This document shows positions 15,001 to 27,079 of a stretch of DNA of 64,000 nucleotides, piece by piece. The number at the start of each line of letters is the position of its first letter. Position 1 is the stretch's first letter. The translations under genes and the position numbers were made by a program. Source of the stretch: Ophelia neglecta (taxonomy: Eukaryota); contig OZ260665.1 of the NCBI GenBank assembly GCA_965285935.1, positions 61,628,001-61,692,000 of the forward strand, written 5' to 3'. Under the pieces are notes generated by a model that was not told where the DNA came from, did no database searches, and was given only the letters and a program-made list of their open reading frames with translations.

Positions 15001-16692
15001 GCCTCTGATTGGTATGATGTGTGTGGTGTCACAGGAAATTGATTCCTCCCACAATAACCTTGATGAGAGTGCTTCATCCTCACAGATTTTGCCTGCTTCC
15101 TGCCCCTGTCTCTATTTGTGTCTTCGGGGATGCTTTCCTGGTAGCCACTGGCATTGGCTGCCCTCTTATTGGCTGAGGGGGAGGGGGAAGGGGGGAGGGG
15201 GTGCAGGATACATAGCCGCTCCACTACAGAGGAAATGGTGATTTTCAAGAGGCAGGCACCTTTTTGGTAATGCATTAATGTATGATGAATTCATAATTTT
15301 CCAGCCAAATCCTCTGAAGCATAGATACTATGGATATTCACTCCAGGGAATTTATTCATTTGAAGAGGTATAAGTTTTCACATACATGGTCATTACCAAT
15401 TCACTTATACTGATAGTGTTCACAAAGAATACTATTTTGTATTATCAATATGCTGGTTACAATTCTGGTTTATATTCCTATAACTAGTCTCTACATGTAA
15501 GGTAAGAGTGAATAAAGTTTCACCAGGCAGTTCTGAGAGAAGACCCCCCCCCCCTTCTTTTCACCCATTACTTTTAGCCATATCAATACTTTCCCTCTAC
15601 CACTCTGCCTCCCATGATTAAATGATGGCAAGTTTATGCATTTATATCCTTCCTTGATTCAATAAAGATGACAGGCGTGGGAGTTAAAATGGATTTAACC
15701 TTTTGCTAACCAGGTTTTCCTTCATTTCAGAATTACTCGGAGATGGAGTTGGGTATTTTAAAGTTAGCTGCTGTCTTTATCATCGGTGAGTTGTTAATCT
15801 CCAGATGCAGATCTAAAGAGGGATTGGCTTGTAGGGTGCGGGAAGGGGCCTCTGTAGACAGGACTGAGGGTTAAGCCACTTAGACCTCAGACCGTGCTCT
15901 TAACACCTTCATCTCACATGGAGATACTCTTTGGAGCAATGTGCATGTCCAAAGTTAACAATGGGACAGGTTTAGACCACCCCCTCCCTATTAATCACCT
16001 TGAAGGGGGTCAGACCAACCCCTCCCCCTTAATCACGTGGAAGGGGTTCAGACCCCCCCCCCCCCCATCCTCCCCTTTATCACCTGGAAGGGGTTTAGAC
16101 CGCCCCCCTCCCCTTTATTACCTGGAAGGGGGTCAGACCACCGCTCTCCCCTAAGTCAACTAGAATAATGGTCAGACCACCTCTTTCCCCTAAATCACCA
16201 GGATGGGGGGCCTCCCACAAACACTCCCTCCATTCCAAACAAACCGGTGATTTTAATAGGAAATGTTATTCAAGTTTTAATAATATCTATAGCAGTATGA
16301 AGGAAGGTATTCACAAGTAAAGAAAGGTATTGCTTCAAAGTATATGGCATAAGTTTCTCACTTGAAGGATGTATCAAAGATAAAAGAAAATAATAAGACA
16401 TGAACTTATATGATAAATATTATATAATATCTTCTAGAGTTTTCGCTTGTTTCTTTCAGCAAGTGCTGATGTAGGTTTTGCGATATGGGGTCGTTACAGT
16501 ACAAATGAGCCGAGCCCACCAGTTGGTTATGTAGCCCACCTAATGGGGGCGCTGGCAGGGCTTACTATCGGACTATTGGTGCTTAAAAACTTTGAACAGA
16601 AATTGCACTCCCAGGTGATGTGGTGGGTGGCCCTTGGGGTCTACTCTGCCTGTACCCTCTTCGCTGTGCTGTGGAATATATTTTTCTACTAA
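1..16692 (+). CDS. RHBDL: Rhomboid-family intramembrane serine protease (RHBDL2/RHBDL3/Drosophila rhomboid-like); 5' end lies outside the window. Exons: <1-159, 8037-8179, 11552-11664, 12510-12610, 15731-15785, 16460-16692
   Basis: All introns are GT-AG and phase-consistent (804 nt, 267 aa plus stop in window). The spliced protein has YTCCPPP, the WR motif ([14 protein letters not shown]), [14 protein letters not shown], catalytic Ser in GASGG and catalytic His in AHLMG. Confidence 0.95.
2527..3178. repeat. 32-bp palindromic minisatellite, about 20 copies, in the first rhomboid intron in the window
   Basis: Unit GTCACTGGGT(A/G)CCAGTCAGCTGACTG(G/A)TGTAA repeated head to tail, without spacers. 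Confidence 0.95.
8200..8424. mobile_element. Degenerate Tc1/mariner-type MITE remnant
   Basis: Ends CACTGTTAACC...GGCTTACAGTG are roughly inverted, with internal TTCGCGAAA(T)T-type subrepeats. Confidence 0.35.
15970..16210. repeat. C-rich degenerate tandem repeat, about 40-bp unit, about 6 copies
   Basis: Recurring GGAAGGGG(G)TCAGACC(A)CCCCTCCCCTTTAATCACCT. Confidence 0.8.
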
Positions 16693-17588
16693 GATTCGAG
16701 TGGACATTACTCAGCCGTGTAGATGTTGGTTCCATGTGTCATGTAGGGAATTTTTTTATTAATTATCATTTAATTTGATTGAGATATATAGGAAATTTTA
16801 TTAATACCTGCATTTATGCACAATAAATGTGCCGAACTGCTGTTGATGTTTAGTATCGCAATTAAAGTATTAATATTTATATTAATACAAAGTTTGGCAT
16901 TCCTTGGGAAAATCTGCAGAAGACATGTCACTATTTCTTAAAAATATATGTCTGTAGTAGTGGTAGTCTTGTATAAAAAATGTAAAAATTGCATTCCTAT
17001 TTATAGACATTCCAAAGCCTTTTCTTATATCAAATCACTTTGCTTAGTTATATGCTAATTTATAAAGAGCAGACTGCAGCATGCGTGCATAGATGGCAAG
17101 GTTAACTTGATCCACTTGTTATATTTCTATCTATAGATATGGTATCTTGAAGTATTTATTATTAATTCTACATGTATGACAGGACATGCTACATTCCGCA
17201 CATTGCTCAGATTATCTATCTCAGAGACATTCCTTCATACAAACTGCTGGGCATGACAAAGCTATTTTCTATTAGTAATAGTAATAGTAGTACTGTAGTA
17301 GTTAAATTCAATTGCCAAACAGTGAGTTATATTAAATCCTTTGATTAAGCTGTAGAACGTATTGCATTTCATCAGATTTAAACTCTGTTTATTGGCTGGC
17401 CACATAGTGCTTATAGTATTCTGCATTTTGGTATCTATGCCACCATCAGCTCATTGTGTACATATTCATTGCGTAAGAAATTGTTCATTGTACATAGCGC
17501 CTTATTTAATTAGTATGTGAGATTCTGGTGACTGATGTGTTTTTATTTATGTGTTTGTTTCGCAGAATCTTTGATCTATATATCTATG

Positions 17589-17658
17589 AATAAATGCTGT
17601 TCCATATTGTAATTATGTAATTATATTGTAATTATGTAATTACTAGCTCTTGAATAAA
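17589..17658 (+). terminator. Candidate polyadenylation signals for the rhomboid gene (AATAAA at 17589 and 17653)
   Basis: Two AATAAA hexamers about 0.9 kb after the stop codon, followed by T/GT-rich sequence. Confidence 0.45.
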
Positions 17659-17719
17659 GATTATTTATATTTTATAAACTAACTTGGATTGGAGTCATTT
17701 TTTTCTGTTTTTCCCCATA

Positions 17720-17887
17720 TTGTTGTTGTTGTTTGGGGTTTTACATGGCTTTCAACACTTATATGGTCATATCGCCACGGTGCCTACTTGTGACAGCGGG
17801 CCCAATGCCCTCTTTATAGTGCTGCCTCACTGGAGTACCTGCCGTAGACGCCAGACAGGGAACCCCACCCAGTCACATTATACTGAT
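17720..17887 (-). mobile_element. 3' half of a SINE (Nin/Deu-domain-like core, CAA-repeat tail)
   Basis: Minus strand reads TCAGTATAATGTGACTGGGTGG...CCAGTGAGGCAGCACTATAAA...TGTTGAAAG..GTAAAACCCCAAACAACAAC, resembling the conserved core and tail of invertebrate SINEs as I recall them. Confidence 0.6.
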
Positions 17888-19963
17888 GTACACTGCCATG
17901 GTGCAGAACAGCTCTGCCCTCATACTTATGACATCATTATACTAAGTGGCATCATAAAGCTATGTAGGTGGCTATATGTATATTGCCACGGAAGGTTCAA
18001 AGTCCCTATGTTTAACCCTGCTTGCGTTGAACAGCACTTGGGCCAATAAATTCATCTTCTTTTAAAAACCTTTTAGTTTCAATTTTTTTTAAAACCTTTT
18101 TTGCCATAAAGAATAAGTTTCCTTTCTTCCCAATCAGGAATCTATAATCTAAATTGGTTTAATATATGTGTATTCTGTGTTCAGAAACTGACATTCTAGA
18201 TTTCATTAACTATTATTCATCCCATATTTGATTTCTTTTATTGGCAGTTTATTTGGGGAAATCTAAGATACCCAATTTAGAATGGAGCTCGACACGTAGA
18301 GTCTGTGTTACTTGTTTTACATTAATTATCCCCTGTGTACTTAGTTAAAAATTCCTCATTTGATAGTGACTATTCAATCTTGAATACAAGACTTTCCTTA
18401 GACAGAAACATTAGGTATAATGTTTCTATAATTGCAAAATGTTTCTACATTGTGTGGGCTTACAATTACATCAAGATTGTTCTAAGGGGTATTTGGAAGT
18501 AAAGAATTTAACTGCCCCATACAGTATATACATTGTCTTATATCGTAACATACAGCATACATTATTATACATAATCTTGTAAACATTATAACCATGTTGC
18601 TCAAAACCTGATATGTTTTGTTGAAGCTTTGCCCTCATGATGGTATAACTAGATCTGTTGACTTTTGATACATGATATTTTTTATAAGGTGTCACTTGAG
18701 CAATATATTGTACTACTTGATCCCTTCTACTCTTTCCACTGCTGTGCAGTATTCAATGAAGTATCATGCACCAACCTTTGCTTTTGCCAAACAATAATAC
18801 AGAATACAACTGTACAGCAGTGTATTTGCCTATAATCTGGTCACTCATATAAAATGATTATTATTACGCAAACTCAAGTTCAATAATCTGACAATAAAAG
18901 CTAATAAAGTGTCTTCTAGTTAGACTCAAAGTAGCAGAATTATTGATCCAGTGAACTGTCCAGCAGAATGAGGTGACATCTGGCGAACACAATACAAACA
19001 ATTCAGTTTCAAATACCCTTTTTAAGGGTTGAGTTGACATTATGGGCGTAGCAAGAGGAGGTAGGTTTTATCTCTTCAGACCCTACTTATGTACCCTACT
19101 ATCTTGACACCTACTATCTTGTCCTACCCTGCTGCCATGCACAGCAAATCGAATACTACATAGTAGTATAGTAATGTGATTAGGATCTCGACAGGCGGAA
19201 TCGAAGTTACTGAATGATTATTTCTAGCTATTTCTTTACTCTTTTTAGCACAATCAATAAAAATACACAAATAACAGCAAAATCCATATACTGACAAGTT
19301 TGCCACGATAAAACGACAATAACAGTACACATTGACATTACACTTATAAACACAATGCCACTGACAATGACACCGATATGTAGCCCAGTGGAAGCTGAGG
19401 CACCAGTATACTTAACTTACTTCCATGGTGATCCAAAACTATTTCCGAATTATTTAATGGCTACCATTTTAAATACCAGTTCCTGTTCATACCGAGTGAC
19501 ATCATTTGTCATTTATCTTTAAGCTCTAAATTTTAAGGGAAGATATGGTCAGCTAAAATAATCCGGGAGGGGGTGGGGGTGGGGGGATCCTGCTTCATCC
19601 TATCAATTGCGGAAATTAAGAACTTGTTTTAAAAGTGAAACGGCAGAACAAATTTCGTGACATATATATTGTAAGCCTTCTAAAAGGAACCAGTCTGTAA
19701 TAATGGTCTTTTAGGGGGAAACATCTAGATCTAATTACACATTAGTTTTGTCAAAGATATAGAGAATACATATCTATGGTTTTGTTTAGCAGGCAAATTT
19801 CCGCTTTTTGCTGTTATTGGGCAGCCCTGCTATCTCATTCCCACGTCGAATCGCACGTGATTATGACACAGCTGGGCTTGGTGGCCACAGGTGGCAAGGG
19901 ATGAGTGTTCTAAGCATTACGATCTGGCTATAGGTTTTAACTCCATCTACACACTAAAACAGA

Positions 19964-22900
19964 TCACAAACGTGTTGTTAAAGTTTCCTTGAGAATGCGT
20001 CCACATTGCCATTTCGTTCTCTTGTTGTCACGCCTTATTCGTGATTGCTCGGAAATGAGCAACAGGCCGGATCCTAGAACCATACACCCTCCTGTGCCAT
20101 ATAAAGCATAGCTCCATGATCCAGTAAGCTCTGAGCTGTATGCTATTATGATGAAATAAATTAAGTTAAGAGATTTAATGAACAAGTTCACAAGTTTTAT
20201 CCCCGGCGCAATACATAAGTGTCACAGGAAGAAAGTAATCTAAAAAGACCCCCACCATCATGCTTAAGAGAGAGGCATTTGAGAGAGAGTTAAGATGGTA
20301 CCAACCGCATAATGGTTGTGCATAGAGCGAAGGCACACCCATGAAGAATGCCATCCATCCTACTGCTGCGTTGTACAAAGATTGCTCCATTATATCTGTC
20401 AATATGATAGGGGGCACGGTTAAACAGACGCTGGAAAAGAATCCAATCCATGTGGATAAGAACATCAATGCCGTAAAGTTCTTCCCGACTGAAGGTGTTA
20501 TGGCAGCACCTAAAGAAGCAGCACAGCATATTAAGAAGAACAATGTGCTTTTCTGGAATATGTTTCTGTCGACCAGCGCCCCCATAAACGAGCGGCCACA
20601 TATGCCTCCAACTGAAACCATTGTGGCAAGTAACGATGACTCCATAATATCAAGTCCAACGTTTTCTCCATGAGCAGGAAGTAGGAAGAACAAAAGTGGA
20701 AAAAATGCAGACATTGTGAATAGGAGAGAAACATTGAAAAGTAAAAACCCTCTTGTGCTAAAAATTCTCCTTAATTGACCAAATCTCCCATTTTCCCGTG
20801 CATTGGTCTGCACTAAAGAAAGTTTCGCTGTTCCTGTGTCGTATTTCCTTACACTAATCACTGACACCTCAATGCGTTGTACCTTTTTTATCGGCAACTG
20901 GTCTTCTTCATTATATTTAAGGATCGTTTGTGAACGTTTATAAACATCATCAGCCGTCGGAGGTTGAATGAGCTCATTGTTGCCTGATGTACACTCTCCA
21001 GCAGTATGCTTCCTTGTATAAAATGACGGTGGTCTTAATAGGGACGCAAAGACCAGTATATTCAGCATGATGCCAGACCAGATTAGGAAAGTTCCTTTCA
21101 GGCTGTACATTCCAAGAAGGAACGTGAACAGAGGTGCTCCAAAGAGACCTCCAATGCCAGACCCAACAAAGATTACCCCTAAAGCTAGACCTCTGTGTTT
21201 TTTGAAGTAGGTGTTCACAAGAGCGACTGGCGTAAAAAGCATAATAGCATCACCTAGACCTATAAAACAAAAAACACCTGCGGACTCATTTATCCTCTTA
21301 TATTACGGTTGATTGTAATAATAGAAATGGTAAAAAGGATCGTCTGGGTAGCCAAGAGTACGACAAAACTTTCAAATTTTGCATAGGCGTTTTGTCATTA
21401 GTACATATTTCGATAGGCATAATTGAAAAAAAACTTTCTTTGGGATTTGTTTGTTTTACAATGACGATTTAGATTAAAGTCGAAGAGCTACACACGTGTC
21501 GACTATAACTTTGGTGCATACGCTACTCACCTATCATCAAGCCAAGAGTTAAATACAGATATTCCAACTTTGGCAAAAAACTTGTGATTAGATTTGCGAG
21601 AAATACTAATATTCCAGAGACGAAGCACAGCGTCCTTAAAGTACAAATGTTTGTTAAACCTCCTACGACTGGAGCTGAAACGACACGTAGAAAGAATATA
21701 CGCGGACAATATATCCACTTAATATATTGCACTTTAAAGTGATGCAAGCATCTGAAGACACATTTTTTGATTGCCAATAGTTATATCTCCTAAATTGGAA
21801 GGTTAAATAACTTAAGTCTTGTTAATGGTTGCATTTTATTATTTTCTGATTTGGTTAGGCTAAGGCAAAAATAAATCAAACTTAGGTCGATTGATTTTTC
21901 CGCTTGCTTGTGCAGCTTCAAACGTTTCTTATGTTAGTTTTCAATTTTAACATATTTTTTTCATAATTCGTCGACCTGAGACAAGTAATATTTTTATGGA
22001 TAATTTTCTAGCCATCATGATATATTAAAAACTTGAATGTCTTAATGTGATATGATGGCATAAAACCTGCAGCTCGCGTTAGCAATTCTGTAAAACAAAA
22101 CCCGTCGACCACTTATCCATTTGGACAAATTTTCCACATTTTGTCGAGAGGATGGTTTGAGCAGTTTTGTGGCTCGAGAGGTTTCCAGCGAGGGACGACT
22201 GTATTACAGATATAAAAATTGTCTTCCTACGTACCTAACATGAATCCTACAGCTTGAACCAAAGCTCCAACCCACGCTATTGATGTCGGCTTAGATCCAT
22301 AATTTTCCATCAAGGCAAGATATTGCACTCCAAATATTGTCTGATTCATCCCCGCTAGAAACACTTCCTTCATACATAAAGCTAAATAGCGAAAAAATAT
22401 GTCCAGTTTAATCTGTGAGGTATTGCACATGTTCATGAATATTATCCACTTAATATATAGCCCCGTTGAAGGGGTATTCGGCAGGGCTATTCGGTAGAGC
22501 TATTGCAGAACATATATTGCATTTTCATCACTGAATATCATTGTGGCCATTTCAGATTTATGCAAATGATTGGGAGGAGGCTTCTCGTGACATGAAGAAA
22601 ATCTCACGTAATAACAGTATAGTTTGAATATCAAAAATGAGCTTTAAAATAAAATACTAGATAGCAATGCGAAAGCCACAGTGAAACTAGAAATAAGGCT
22701 TATGTACTTCAGACATGAAATGTCTATCCAAAGCTCCTGGACCAGACTTTTGAGAAATACTATTGCATTTAATACATACCAAAGAGAATCACCCAGGCCC
22801 ATCCTCTGTCCACAGGGATAGTGTGCACATCTTTCTTTTGTTTTGTCCCAGTAGAATTTGTTGAAATCGGCAAACAAATAGCCGTATTCGAATCAAATTT

Positions 22901-22990
22901 ATTATCTGTCTTAGTGGATTTGCCCTCATCAAAGCATTCAAACGCAGAATTTGTAGCTCCAGATAGGCCAAACTTACTTTTCTCTCCCAT
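19964..22990 (-). CDS. SLC16: MFS transporter, SLC16/monocarboxylate transporter family, 544 aa. Exons (minus): 22990-22780, 22381-22235, 21674-21531, 21259-20306, 20142-19964
   Basis: GT-AG, phase-1 junctions throughout, 1635 nt in frame. Motifs: PVDRGWAWVILFA (SLC16 TM1 PDGGWGW-like), YFKKHRGLALG, LLRPP, a long central loop, GRSFMGALVD and ELTGSWSYALY. Confidence 0.92.
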
Positions 22991-23429
22991 GTTGGCTGTA
23001 GTGGCTAATAGTGAAGCAAAAAAAAAAACATGCAGCTCTCCTGCATTGAATAAGTGCTATATAGGACTACTTATAATTTGTCTTGCCTGGTTGAAACTGA
23101 GTGACTGGACAGTAAACTCTGGTTCATCTGGTTTTTACAAAGTACTGGTGAAACTCAAGGTTAAACTACAGAAAATGATCTGGTTTCGCGCTGTCGGCGC
23201 ATGACACATGCTTTAAAATGATAGTCATCCACAGGTAAAGTAGGCATCCGTGCAGCTATTTAGTGAGAAATTTCGAATGAAATTCATGTATGTTTAAACG
23301 AGCTGCGCAGTATGTCCAGGACTGTGGACGGTATACATATTCCTGAGCACACAGGATGTGGGACTGCCCTTTGTAGGTAAGGTGTCTCCAAGTATCCCAT
23401 CAATCACTCCTTTTGAACGAACAGAGCTT

Positions 23430-24345
23430 ATTTACTGATAAAATAAATGAATTTAGAGATATGACGAACAAGTCAGAAGTGTTATCAACGCCACACATCA
23501 GTCCTACAAGAAGAAAGTAATCCACATAGACCCTTACCATAGTGCTAAAGAAACCGGCTTAAAGTTTGAGACAATTGAGATAGTACCAACATCACTGTGG
23601 TTGTTCATACAGCGAGGCCCCCCCCCCCCCCCCCTGAAAAGTCCGATCCATTCTTTTGCTGCATTGTACAAAGGTTTCTGCAATATATTCGTCAATATGA
23701 TAGGGGTGGCTGGGTTAAGCATACGCTTGAAAAGCATCCTATCCACGTTGATAAGAACATCAATGCCGGAAAGTTCTTCCCGACTGAAGGTGTTATGGCA
23801 GCAGGTAATTTAAGTAGCGGCACAGCATGTTGAAGATAACAATGTTCTTTTCTGGAATATGTTTCTGTCGACCAGCGCCCCCAGGAGCGGGTGACCCAAC
23901 ATGCCTCCAACTGAAACCATGGTGGCAAGTAAAAATGATTCCAAAATATCGAGTCGAATGTTTCCATGAAGAGGAAGTAAGAAAGCCATGAGAGGAATAT
24001 AGCCAGACATTGTGATGAAGACAGAAATATTGAAGATTAATCAGTCACTTGTGCTGAAAATTCTCCCTAATTGACCAAATCTCCCATTTTCCCGTGCACT
24101 GGTCTGCCCTCCAGAAAGAGAAGCTATTCCTAGGTAGTCCTTCTTTTTCCTTTTTACTAACACCTCAATTCATTGTACACGTTCCGGCAATTGGACCGAA
24201 GCTCTATTCTCAATGTTGTTCTGATCTTTTTAAAAAATATATTCGGGGATCGTTGAAGGACGCTTTGAAACATCCTTGGCCGTTGGCGACTGATTGAGAC
24301 CATTCTTGTTTGATGTGAATATTTCAGAAGCGTGTTTCCTTGCAG
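23430..24345 (-). pseudogene. Degraded partial duplicate of the SLC16 gene (3' part of exon 4 plus the following intron)
   Basis: Colinear similarity to about 20140-21020, for example TTCTGGAATATGTTTCTGTCGACCAGCGCCCC and GTTCTTCCCGACTGAAGGTGTTATGGCAGCA. Frameshifts split it over ORFs 23810-24010, 23692-23967 and 23534-23746, and it carries a poly-C expansion. Confidence 0.9.
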
Positions 24346-24999
24346 GACATGCTTTAACAATGATATATATTCATATATGCCTTGGCTGGCTCTGAACGAC
24401 ATGGTAAGGAATGGTATGTTTAAGAATAGCGTATACGTTGTGCGAAATGTCGAAGGTGAAGGTTTATGTGCCCAAAACCTCATCCATCCAACCACGGGAA
24501 AACAGCTGCAGGAACCCTTATAAGGTACCCTACATAAAGACGTTGTTGTTTCAATCGAAAATTGTCATATATTGTTATTAAATTGCAAGTATATCTATAA
24601 GCAGCTGAACTGTGCAGTTTATCCTGTGAACGGAGGACATATGCATGTTTAGTGTATGTTAGACTTTCCTTTGAGAGAAAGATATCTGCTAATGGTCCAT
24701 CAATTACTTCTCAGATAAATCTGTCAAATGGATGTGTGCCGTTCTATTTTATAGTACAGGTCAAATTCGTTTCGGCTCGTCAACAGGCCTTGATAAACCT
24801 CATCTCACTACATAGCTTGACTGGTTTTTTTTATAAGAAAAAGACAATTATTAACGTGACTGCATGTGGAAAGGACTTTACCTTTCGACGGTGAAAGTAT
24901 ACTAGTTAATTCGTTTGCGTGGTATCCTGAATAATAATGTATTCTCACAATTTGACAACAGAATATTTCATTTTCGGGTGGGTTTTCATGATGGTATAA

Positions 25000-25155
25000 G
25001 GTCCCGACATTGTAAAACAAGGTCATGTCATTGTATTGTTGTGAACCAAGGTCTCTTCACTGTAAGACGATGTCCCTTCATTGTAGAACTTGGTCCCGTC
25101 ATTGTAGAACAATCATTCTAAAACGGGGTCCCGTCTTTGTAGAACGAAGTCCCCT
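25000..25155. repeat. Degenerate 21-bp tandem repeat, about 7 copies
   Basis: Recurring GGTCCCGTCATTGTAGAAC(AA). Confidence 0.7.
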
Positions 25156-26639
25156 TGCCTATTTATACATAATAATGACTGACAAATACCTAAAAACGTG
25201 TACTTTTAAATAGTATATACACGCATTGTAAACTACCTTAATTATTACTTATGGGCTTACCTTAGCTACGAAGGTGAATAACCCATGAAGTATGATTAAA
25301 TGGCTTCAGGCTTCTACACGTCACATGAGAAATGGGCATATTAAAAGATTAACCATACCACGTTAAAGTTATTATGAACAAATATGTGTTATATTTTGTG
25401 TACCGATATAATTCCCTCTTAGCGAGCAATCAATGATCCGTGTACAAATAAATCTGGTACAGGTATTATTTTATTAAGTAATCTCCAATCTTGACAATAC
25501 ACGATCCGTCATTATGCAAAAGGATATGGGTTGTGGTTATACATAAGTGTTATATGTATATTGTGCGGGATAACGACCAAATAAACAAGAGTATGTATAC
25601 TCTTATTTATTCTACCATCGATGTAGCGGGCAGATTTCACAAGGTTTACGAGCCAAATTGAACTCTTTCGAGATAAGAAGACAGTCAAGTCCGTTTTAAG
25701 AACCGTTCACTTGACACGGATTTTTGGTCGATAATTACGTTACACATTAAAGTCCGGTAAGTAGATATATACATTTATCTCTTGGGAAACCCCGGTTTCA
25801 AGCATTTCATTTTGCTTATATGTCATATCATCTCATTGTAAATAAAGCATACAGGCCTAGGTGGTAAGAGCTTGCATTGAGGAGGGTAAACGCCCAACCG
25901 ATTAAGAAACAACTGAGTTCCTAACTTTATATATTTCCCCAAGTTTCTAATGACTTCCGGAAATTCTTAATTCTCAGTCCGTCAAATCTACATGTATATT
26001 AAAAAATAATTCCAACTTGAGATAGGCATTAAAAGTAGAATAATGATACTCCACCCACATGATCGTAATGGCATAACGAAGCCTAAAACTGCTTGCATTT
26101 ACACTGTGGGAGCGATAAACCTACTTTCTGAGTAGGGACACGAGAGTAGGAAGGGACAGAGAACCAAGTAATTTCGATGGGAGTTCCCTTCAAAGCGGAC
26201 TTTGCTTGTCACCACATTAACACACATAGACTTTTGGCGCTCTTATTTGTATCGAGCCATAGGTGACTTTTTTTTCCCAATAAATCAACATATAAAGAAA
26301 ACTGTTCAGGCATTTGCACAGACGATTGACTGCGCTCTACCGAAGAATATTTCTGATGTGCTAAAGTAAATGTCTTTAGGGGTGGTACAAAATCTATCGT
26401 ATACCTTTGTAAATTAATTACATCACTGGTTAAGTGTTACTAAACAACTGGTTTATAAGTAGCTAAGTCGATGAAAAATTGTCAATATATGCTAGCTGCT
26501 TTTCTAATTACTTTCATGATCATAAATTATTCTTAAATCAGTTAAAAGATCCCATGTTTGACACAGTTATAACACGAGTTTCGTCATGAACTTACAGGTC
26601 GATATATGTGGGTGAAAGTCTACAAAAATATAGGTGAAG

Positions 26640-27079
26640 ATGGGCTGTGGTGGGAGCACCGCTACTACAACTACCACCTCCGTCGACAATCACGCATCTA
26701 AGCCTATTATAAACAAGTCCGAAAACGGAAAAGGGCAGGAAGCTGATAAACAAACCGCAGATGACCATGATCTTATACCTCAAACAACAAAGAATAAAAC
26801 GAACAATGGCCAAGAAGAGAATACTGTAATGGAAAACAGGGAGGTGAGCACAGGTAGCCGATTTTGACATACATGTTAACAAATGTAATACAAAAAGCAT
26901 TAAAATAGCCAAATTATAGGACCCATTTTGATCTGTTTTTTTCATAATCACAGGAGACTGAAAATATGGAAACATTAGAAGAAATAGCGAAAGTTTCAGT
27001 GGATGACATTCTTGCGGGAGCTATGAACAACCTGAAAAAACTGCCATCGGCGGAGCACAATGAAGAGCGAAATCATTAA
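26640..27079 (+). CDS. 109-aa putative lipid-anchored small AKAP-like protein. Exons 26640-26843 and 26954-27079
   Basis: AAGATGG start, N-terminal MGCGGS, donor GAG|GTGAGC, acceptor TTTTTTTCATAATCACAG|, phase-0 join. Exon 2 encodes ETENMETLEEIAKVSVDDILAGAMNNLKKLPSAEHNEERNH*. Confidence 0.72.

Noticed and set aside
20290-20734. Overlapping ORFs 20290-20601, 20341-20673 and 20531-20734
   Set aside because: They are shadow frames of SLC16 exon 4.
24350-24530. Possible exon next to the SLC16 duplicate (ORF 24157-24495)
   Set aside because: No recognisable homology or partner exons, and the 3' part of the ORF is off-frame SLC16 remnant.
26592-26975. 127-aa hydrophobic minus-strand ORF
   Set aside because: It is the antisense shadow of the A-rich, hydrophilic AKAP-like exon. 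The splice signals support the plus strand.
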